Below the pieces are notes generated by a model, which had not been told where the DNA came from, did no database searches, and was given only the letters and a program-made list of their open reading frames with translations. Below, piece by piece: positions 54,545-64,000 of a DNA stretch of 64,000 bases (the stretch's first letter is position 1; each line of letters begins with the position of its first letter). The stretch comes from Felis catus (lineage: Eukaryota). The stretch spans positions 22,260,001 through 22,324,000 of the forward strand of contig NC_058383.1 in NCBI RefSeq assembly GCF_018350175.1, given 5' to 3'. A program made the translations under genes and the position numbers.

Positions 54545-55037
54545 TGTAGGTAGAATAATGCTTTCCTCCAACCCTCACCAAAAACGTCCATGTCCTCATC
54601 TGTGGAACTTGTGAACGTTACCTTTGGTGGAAAAACAGACGTTGCAGATGTGATTAAATTAAGGATCTTGAGATGGCAAGTTATCTTGGACTATACTGGT
54701 GGGACCAATGTAATCACAAGGGTCCTTACCAGCTGGGGGCAGGAGGGTCAGAGTCAGAGGAGGAGATGTGACAGCAGAAGTGGAGTTTGGAGTGATGTCA
54801 CTGCTGGAAAGGAACACGAGCCAAGGAATGTGGGTGGCCTCCAGCAGATAGAAAAGGCATGGAACAGATTGCCCCTGGAGCGTCCAGAAGGAACTCAGCC
54901 CTGCTGACACCTGGATTTTAGCCCCATAAGACCCATTTCAGACTCCTAACCTCCAGAACTGTAAGATTATGAATCTGTGTTGTAATAAGCCAGTATGTTT
55001 GCAGTAACTTGCTACAGCAACGATAGGAAAACAATAT
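54545..55037 (+). mobile_element. MaLR solo LTR (MLT1D-like)
   Basis: gcagatgtgattaaattaaggatcttgagatgg...cagccctgctgacacc...acagcaacgataggaaaacaata. Confidence 0.85.
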
Positions 55038-56897
55038 CCCAGCTACTGGTTGATCCCAGAAGCAGAAGACCTTAGTCAAAAGCCCAGGGTACTTCTCTGG
55101 AGCATCTGTCCCAAGAACACACTGGGATCTTGACTTCATTTCACACTGCACCCCACCCCTAAATTCCCAATTCTAACCACTATACTGTATTCATTGCATC
55201 CAAAGGGGTCTGAATCAAGTTATCAACATTTCGTTTTTTCCTTTCAGAGTTGATTCTCTCCTTCTACCTCATTCTCACTGGGATCTATAGTGGCAAATTG
55301 ACATCCCTGGAAGTAATCTTTGTCCCTGAATCCTGCAACATCTGCCCGAGACAGAAATTCCAGGGCTAGTTGCAGGTGTCTGTGGAGGGAGAAGAGAAGG
55401 GCCCTCAGCTCTTTCCTCAGCCCTCACCTGTCTCAGCTTCCAAACAGCTGGCTTGCAAGAGAGAAAATCCTGTCTTCTGCCAAGAGTTACTCGGGGCTCT
55501 GCTGGACCTCGGTTTGAACCTTCATTTACCACCTATACGCTGAAGCCATTACTCCAACCACTACACCTCTCTGGGCCTCAGTTTCTTGTCTCCAAAATGG
55601 GAACAATAAGAGTGTCTACTCCCAGAAGGCTGTTTTGAAGCTTAAATGAGACAACACACACAAAGTGCTGGATGGACAGGGACACTGGAGTTGGAACCAC
55701 CAGTCCTCGTATCTTGCTTTGCAATGGCTGGGGAGGACCCCTTTTTCCTCCCGGGTCAAAACCAAATCACAGGCATGAAACTCTGCCTAGTGTCCAAGAT
55801 GAGGCAGGGCTCCCCCGTACGTTTTCTCAAACCATCTCCACAGTCAAAGGCACGGTTTGCACCCAACACCTGGCCCCCTGGCATTCAGAAGACTGACCCA
55901 CACGGTCACACTACTTGAGTCCACAGAGGGATTTCACATCCGTGATTTCACCCGAGCCTCATCACGGCCCTGTGAGGAAGACGTTTTGGCCTGCATTGTG
56001 TTGACAGAGGTGCTAATGCTTAGAGAGAAACGATGTGTCCAAGGGCGTCCAGCTAGTCAGTGGCACTTCTTGTACTAGCAACCAGGTTTGTCTTCCTCTA
56101 GAGCCCACACTCAACTAACACGGTGTCACTGCTTTTGTGTTTGTCATCTATCTCACTGTTCCAGAAGAAATCCTCCCCCGCTTTCCTCACCCCCGCCATC
56201 CAGTCAGTTGCTAAATCTTACTGAATCTTCCTTCGCAACATCTTTTATACCATATCCTCTCGTACATTCCCCACTGATTCCACCCTAACTGCCCCCAGCA
56301 ACTCAGACACGCAATCTTGCCACGAAGCCTGGTCTCCCCAGAAGTGGACGAGGCCACCTTGATATCGTATCCCTACGAGCCAAGGTTTTCCAGAACTGCA
56401 AAGGAGCTGTGGCCACCGATGTCACACGACAGCCATGCTTTCTAAATGAGATGTCATGTACAAATGTGCAGCAGGAGGGCACAAAGCAAGCTCTCAAGGG
56501 AGGTTTATTTTACTTCCTTCCAGGTTACAGGGGTTCGTGGGACAAGCTCTGCAGCCAAGCTGCCTGGATTCTACAGCAGGTGCCACTATTTATTAGCTCT
56601 GTGACCTTGAATAAGTCCATTGACCTTGCCGTGTCTCTGGTTCCCAGTCTATAAAACAGAAACAATAATAGTACTTTTCTGACAGAGTTGTTATTAGGCT
56701 TATGAATTAATCTTGGCACAGTGTATGGACACAGTAAGTGCCAAGCAGATACTAAGTATTGTCAATAAGATTCCTACCCACTCCCCTCCACCCCATGCAG
56801 CCTACACACTCTTTAAAAATTCATGCTCTGAAAACTCACTCTTTATATCCTTTCCCTGCTGTGACACACTCACTAGCTGCCTACTGCCTAAAGCTGC

Positions 56898-57085
56898 AGT
56901 GACCAATGGCCATGCTTATTTAAATTCATTAGGTAAAATTTAAGATTGAGGTCCTCAGGGGCACCTGGGTGGCTCAGTTGGTTAAGCATCCGACTCTTGA
57001 TTTCAGCTCAGGTCAGGATCTCACGGTTCATGAGATCAAGCCCCACATCAGACTCTGTGCTGACAGTGCGGAGCCTGCTTGGGAT

Positions 57086-57117
<32 letters not shown>

Positions 57118-57605
57118 GCTCGCTCTCTCTGCCCCTCCCCCCACTTGCACTCTCTCGCACACATTCTCTCTCAAAATAAATAAAGTTTTAAAAACTTATT
57201 TAAAAACTAGGTAAATAAGGGGCGCCTGGGTGGCCCAGTTGGTTGGGTGACTGACTTCGGCTCAGGTCATGATCTCACAGTTTGTGAGTTCGAGCCCCAC
57301 GTCGGGCTCTGTGCTGACAGCTCAGAGCCCGGAGCCTGCTTGGGATTCTGTGTCTCCCCCTCTCTCTATCCCTCCCCTGCTCACACTCTGTGCCTCTCTG
57401 TCTCTCAATAATAAATAAACGTTAAAAAAATTTTTTTAAACTAGGTAAATACAATAAATAAAATTGAGTTTCACATTCACACTAACCACACTATTGCAAG
57501 TGCTTAATCTTAAGTGGCTAGAAACTACCATATTGGACACTCAACTATTGTAGGTGCTTAATCATCACAGAAACTCATCATAGAAAGTCTTATTGGACAG
57601 CACTG
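56898..57605. mobile_element. MER3/MER33-like hAT relic interrupted by two tandem CAN-SINEs (56958-57200, 57219-57440)
   Basis: ctaccatattggac...tattggacagcactg end; TSD aactaggtaaata. Confidence 0.7.
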
Positions 57606-59379
57606 GCCTAAGAACAAAGTTCGAATTCTGTAGCTTGGCATCCATTGACAGTATAACCACAGTATAACTTTAGTCTTGTCTCCTCTGACTCCTGTGCCTC
57701 ACACTCCTGCCCAGGCTAGATGACTCTCCCTTTCCATAACGCGTTTTCCTCACCCCCTACTGTGCAAATTTGTTCCACAAACATATCCATGCCAGCAGAC
57801 CATCATATGCAATCCACAAAGGAAACTCAAGGCAGAGGAGCTCCCGCCGGCATATTGAAAGCCAGATTGGAATAGAAACGACACATGCCACATGATAACT
57901 CAACTCAGGAGCCCCACGGGACAATGGGTGGCTCATCCTGCTTACTTTAAAGCAGGGGCTACAAACTCAAATGCCTACTGAGACTAGCCCTTGTGACTAA
58001 GTGAAGCAAGCCAGTGCAATCCAGCAGAGGAAGGTGGCTGAACTGAAGTGGAGAACGCATACCCATCCCAGAGACACTCCATCCAACAGCAGCCCTGGGG
58101 TCACCAGCCCAGCACAGCCAGATAGGATTTTTTTTAAAGCTCTGCAGGACCCACCCAAAGACATCGAGTCTCTCCAGTTTACGAGCTCCGCTTTTGTGGG
58201 TCATCCTGACTCACGTTGGTTACATATTATCTCTGAGCTAAAATATCCTCAACCACACAATAGGAATAAGACCACCTACTTCATACAGGATTATGAGAAT
58301 GAGACCAGATTAATGTGCCTGGAGTGTGCCTGCCTCCCGTCTAATTCTTAGTAAAAATATGAATGAATGCATTAACAGCGAATGGATGAATGAATGAATG
58401 AATGAATGGGCTCTTTGGTCATTCTCACATTCAGACATCGCTCACCATGGCTGAGTCAAGAGGCAAGCAGCTGTGGCCAGGAGCAGTGGGGCAGTTCGTA
58501 CGGATCCATAGGCGGCTGGCCCCAACAGTCAAGCCGCGTGAGCTCAGAGGGCCGCCTCCCAGTCCTGTGTGCAGTCAGATTTCCTTTTGAAACAGTATGC
58601 CAGCTTATGGTTTCAAATTCAAACACTGCAGATGAGCATACGGTCGAGAATCACTACTTTACTCCATTATCAGAGGGAACTAGTCTCTCCAGTTTCTTGT
58701 GCGTCCTTCTAGAAATATTCTCTGCGTGTGTGTGAGCACATGAGTCTACACCCATAAATGGAGTGAGACATTCTGGATCTCCTTTTTGGTATTTTTAATC
58801 TATGGCCCTTTGGTTTTCTCCATATGATACAATTCTACACCACGGTTCTCAGCCCTGGCTGTACACTGAGTGGCCTGGGGTTCTGGAAACAGATCAGTGC
58901 TCAGGTCCCACCTCCAGAGAGTCTAATTAATTGGGGAGTAGTAAGGGGTGTGGGGGGAGAGGCTGAGGACAGGCACACTTAAAAAGCTCCCCAGAAGATT
59001 CACATGTTGAAAAGCATCGCTAATCTGCAGAATCCACTCATGCTTTTTCCCAAACGAAGACATCTGGGGGCCCATTCCATCTCAATATGCAAAGAACGAC
59101 CCCATTCTAGTTCCACAACTGCATCTTACTCCATCACATGGGTGGGCGACCATTTACTACCCAATCTCATAAGGACTTCCTAAAGCTCCGAGGAGGATTA
59201 AGGAAGAAGCAAACTTCATTTGTTCATCAACAGCCAAGCAGTGGGGCGGGAACCACACAAAAGCAAAAGCAATAACCTTGCAGTGGTCAGCAACTGCAGG
59301 AATGTTTTCGTTTATAATGTTACCAAATTTATTTAACTAAGCAAGAAAAAGCAGCAGAGCCAACAAGAGGTAAATAATA

Positions 59380-59610
59380 GGGGGCGCCTGGGTGGCGCAG
59401 TCGGTTAAGCGTCCGACTTCAGCCAGGTCACGATCTCGCGGTCCGTGAGTTTGAGCCCCGCGTCAGGCTCTGGGCTGATGGCTCAGAGCCTGGAGCTTGT
59501 TTCCGATTCTGTGTCTCCCTCTCTCTCTGCCCCTCCCCCGTTCATGCTCTGTCTCTCTCTGTCCCAAAAATAAATAAATGTTGAAAAAAATTTAAAAAAA
59601 AAAAAAAAAA
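59380..59610 (+). mobile_element. Young SINEC_Fc-type copy
   Basis: TSD aagaggtaaataatag; long A tail. Confidence 0.95.
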
Positions 59611-61752
59611 GAGGTAAATAATAGGCCTCAGAAGTAAACAAAGCCGTGAGAAGAAAACCACTCCCCAGCACCACCTTCTGCCATACCAACCCTAGGGAGA
59701 CAGGCCCCCAGGCGGGACAGCTGCTGGGAACATCCTGCTTGTTTGGATAACACTTGGAGACTGTTCTTGACCCCTTGGCCTCCCTCTTTTGATCAGACTC
59801 CGAAAGTGGGGCCAGCAGGACATAATGCCACGGCCTGAGTGAAAATATCAACATCCCCTCATTCACCAGACGTATCTAGCCCTAGACGCATTCAGATCAG
59901 AAGACTCGGTCCCAGAACCAAGCGTGGTGGGCATCTCTTGTCTGGCCGAACCAGCATCCATCCTTTGTGTTTCCCCTTTGGCAACCGGTCCCTCTCTGAC
60001 CCCCCTAGTTCCTGTGAGCTGGCTAAGGTGGCCCTCCCCCTCTGGCTCCCCCGGGGGTGTGGAGGTAGGACCCAGGCCACAGTGTGGATTCAGGGATGGG
60101 CATGTGACTCAAGCTACCCAATGAGAATCAGTTTCAGCACTTGTGCTGGCATCATTAGGAAAGAGGCCATCCTTTCCAGCGGTGCTGCTAAGCTGGTAGG
60201 GAATCAGTCTGCATGTGCCACCTTGATTACCACAAAGAAAAACACTGTTCTGACGGTGAAGGCAACAAAGAGAAAAGCAGAGCTAAGAGATATCTGATGA
60301 GCCCGTAGGAGCGCCTGGATCCAACCAGGCCTGAATCCCCACCCCTCGACTTTCCGAGACAAGTTAAAAATCCCTCTTTGCCTAAACCAACTTGAATTGG
60401 GTTTTTGTTTCTTGAGACCAAAGGACTTTGGACTAATAAACTGAAAGGTGAGAAGTTGAAGAATGGCCAGTGAGGTCTCCTATTTTCTCCTGTGCTTCAT
60501 GTATTCCTATAAATAAACCTCTTTTCTATTTTAATTAGGAGTCTGGTGTTAAGAACACTCAACTGGATCGGTCTGTGTGGGTGAATCAAGGAAAGGTAGG
60601 ATACAGTGCCTCACTCTTCCCTTAATTCCTGTAAATACTGCAGCCCTCAATGAAGAAAAATACACCTAGGAGTTTGCTCCGTAAGAGGAAGCACCAGAAG
60701 ATATAACAACTGACAAGTCTTTATCCACAGACACCTGTTACTTGAGCTTCTTTTCAGTAAGTGTGCCCCTAGGGTGGGCACATGCGACTCACTCTCACGG
60801 ATGCAACTGTGATTTATACCATCTGCCTACTCCCAGCTCCTATCCTTGCTCCTGAAGGAGGGACCACAGACCCACAACACCGAGGCCTTTCTGGACACGA
60901 CAATGAGTCACATCCACCAAACTGTGCCTCTGGAGCTGAGTGGCTTGAAGCCCAGAGAAATAAATCACATCAATCTCAGTCACTCTAAAAAGCAAACAGA
61001 GAAAGCTTAATTCTCTGGCTTACAAACTCAGCAAGGAGGGCGGCCTGCTGTGTGAATATTTGCAAAAATCGCCAAATCAAAGACAGAGCTATGGACATTC
61101 AGCAGGGGGTATCTGTTGGTTTTGCCGGTCCGGTCCAGCGTCCACTGCCCCTTCTTCTGGTGACTGGCATGTTGATTCTCCTTTGGGAGGCTGGCCCATC
61201 TCCACTGTGCACAGTCGATCAAGGCTGCAGCTCTCCCTCTGCCAAGGGGTTGGCAATGTGACCCAGGATCAATCCCACTCTTTCTCCTGGGAATTTGATT
61301 CTCGAATCGATAGTGTCACCCTGCAAAGGCTGCCTATCAGTTCCTGCCACCTAGATCCAAGAGCTACTCTGAACCCCATACTTTCTAAGGCCCGGTACTG
61401 CATGAATGTGGTACCCCATATGCTCTCAACGGATTCTGTAAAGAGAACTAGAGTCCGTTTGTGTTGCTTACAAAGCACCAAACAACCCTAGCCACTTCAA
61501 AGGCATCTGATCTCACCCCATCCTGAAGCAAGCATCCTTCCTACAACATTCCCAAGAGATGGTCACCAAGCTTTCACTGCACACTTACAGAGTAAGAAGC
61601 TCTCCACTACCTATAGACAACTCTACTATCAGAAAGTTCTAAAGACTGCACAGATGTAGCACCCCCCAATAACTCTCTGACCCCACCCTCTGCAGTCCCT
61701 TCCTCCTTTCTCTGACTCCTCCTCCTCCTCCTGTTCTTTCAGGAAGCCAATG

Positions 61753-61753
<1 letters not shown>

Positions 61754-61793
<40 letters not shown>
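61754..61793 (+). repeat. poly(C)40 followed by short (AC)n
   Basis: direct read. Confidence 0.9.
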
Positions 61794-61794
<1 letters not shown>

Positions 61795-62179
61795 CCACAC
61801 ACACACACCTGTTTCCCCGGTATGTCCCTTCACCAGACTAAACATTTTCATTTCCTCTCAATACATTTGGATATACAGGACAAAACCTTCTCACTATCAT
61901 CGCCAGTGCTCTGAGGCCCAATAAAGTCATAGCAAAAAAAACATCCTCACGATGGAGACTTTCCACTTGCTTTCTTTATTATTCGAATAAGACAGTTAAG
62001 GGTGGAACACTTACACACAGAAAAACAGGAAAAAAAAAAAACATGGAAGGAAACATGAAATGTTGACGGTGGCGATCTCTGGTTGTAAGGATTTTGGGGG
62101 TTTGTTCTTCCTTTTATAATCCTGTATTTCCCTAAGTATTCTAAAATAATAAAGCAAATATGAATTTTGATCAACTTCA

Positions 62180-63000
62180 TGAAGTATCACTTAATACAAG
62201 AAAATAGACCCTTTTGGGCACCTGGGTGGCTCAGTCAGTTGAGTGACTGACTCTTGATTTCGGCTCCAGTCATGATCCCAGGGTCACGGGATCAAGCCCC
62301 ACAGTGGGCTCTGTGCTGAGGGTGGAGCCTGCTTGGCTCTCTCTCTCTCTCTCTCTCCCTCTCCCCCTCTCCCCCACTCTCACTCTCTCTCTCTAAAATA
62401 AAAATACAAAAAGAAAGAAAGAAGATAGACCATTCTAGATGCACAGTTTGATGAGTTGTGACAGGTGAGTCAAACCTACGTAACTACCACCACAATCAGG
62501 ACACAGAATGTTTGCACCGCGGCAGAAGCCCTCCCGTGCCCTTTTGCAATTAGCGCCCTCGCCCCGCCTCCCGCCCCCAGCACCCACTCAGCAGCTTTCT
62601 CTTACTACAAATTAATGGGATCATACAGTATGGACTATTTTGTGTCTGCCTTCACTCACTCAGAGTAACGTTTTGATTATTAACAATTAATATAGCACAG
62701 TTATCAGTGTCAGTAGCCAAGTCATTCTCACTGCTGAGTAGTATTTCGTTACACAGTCCTTCCAATGTTTCCTTATCCGTTCATCTGTTAACTGATGTTT
62801 GGGGATTCCCCCCCCCCCCAGGTTTGTAGCCATCATGAATAAAACTGCTACAAACGTTCATTTATACATCTTTGTGTGGACACATAATTTATCTTGGTAA
62901 ATACCCAGGCAGGGGGCTACTGTGTCTTATGGGAACTCTGTGTTTAACTTTGTGAGAAACTGCCGCTTCTTTCCAAAACTGTTGTACGGCTTTATTTTTT
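62180..63000 (-). mobile_element. Old L1 3'UTR relic with a CAN-SINE (+, 62216-62420)
   Basis: atgaataaaactgctacaaacgttcattta..., tttaactttgtgagaaactgcc. Confidence 0.75.
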
Positions 63001-64000
63001 AGAATGGAAACAATCCAATGCATTGTTGTTGTTTTTCTATAGATTTATTGGTCTGTCGGGGGTCTCAGTAGGAAATGGAATTCACCCTGGATGTTCAATT
63101 AAAGACACGAACAACTGTGGGATCCTGTCACACCACATGTCATGAAACGGTATCGACAACAACCAAGTAAGAGATGGAACCAAGGAACAGGGGCCGCTGG
63201 TCAGGAGCAGTCACTGCAGAAGGAGGCCAGAGACAGAGGGAAGGCGTGCAGGGTTGGAGGGGGCGTAAAGTACCTCGAGATCTCCCCCCTCCTGCCCTCT
63301 AGTCTCTGCTCGCCACCTCCCACTGGCCTAACCAAGGCAAAAGTCAGCCAGCAAAAGAGCCCGGGAGATGCAGGGCACAGAAGTCCACCCCAGGACACAG
63401 GGCAGGGCAGAAAAGGGCAGAGGGTGGTGGTCCTAGAAAAAGCACCAAAGAAGCACTAGACACTGTCCATCCCCTGAGGAGGAGAGAAAAAGAACAAAGA
63501 TTAGATTTGCAGTCCTCTGAGATGTCAACACTCACAAACCAATGTGAGTCTTGGAAGATGGAACGATTCTATCACTATGACCACCACAGCTACAGCAATA
63601 ACTACTACTGTTTATCCCTATTACTGCTAGTAACAATAGCAATAACTTTATTGAGTGCTTACTATATACTCCAAGCACATGCTGTGTTTATAGCACTATC
63701 TCAGGTAAACCTCAAAAGAACCAGAGAAAGCAAGTCTATGATTATCCCTCATTTTGCATTTGAGAAAAACTGAGACTCACAGAGGTGTAAAAAACCTGCT
63801 CTCAGGGCTCCAGAGGTTGGTGACGCCCCAAGCACTACTCCATATTGCCTCCCAAAGGCTCCATCGCTTACCCACGCTGTGCTGTGCACGAGCCACTCTG
63901 TGCCTCGTCAACTCCTCTGTGAAAAGGTCTGTCTGTCCTCCCCTCGGACCACTGGGAGAATTTAACACAACAGAGCAGTTCGGCAAACACTTTTTTGAGA

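Overview
Felid (cat-family) genomic DNA, identified by about 40 tRNA-derived CAN-SINEs including the felid SINEC_Fc type. The window lies inside the protein kinase C beta gene (PRKCB), which is transcribed on the minus strand. Three coding exons with canonical AG/GT boundaries splice in frame: 45970-45888 (83 nt), 13590-13479 (112 nt) and 13149-13021 (129 nt). They most likely correspond to exons 3-5 and encode the end of C1A, C1B and the start of C2. The rest is intron filled with CAN-SINEs, MIR/L2/L1 relics, MaLR/ERVL LTRs, hAT and Tigger DNA-transposon relics and simple repeats. I found no evidence of a wholly new biological system. The best leads are: (i) a 241-nt exon 4-5 block bracketed by near-identical inverted young SINEs, a circRNA/A-to-I editing architecture; (ii) a tailless 40-nt U2 snRNA retrocopy with a 17-bp TSD; (iii) a twin-primed inverted L1; (iv) templated-mutation scars in repeats; (v) candidate CTCF sites and an intronic promoter-like motif cluster. 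Repeat subfamily names come from recalled consensus sequences and repeat boundaries are approximate.
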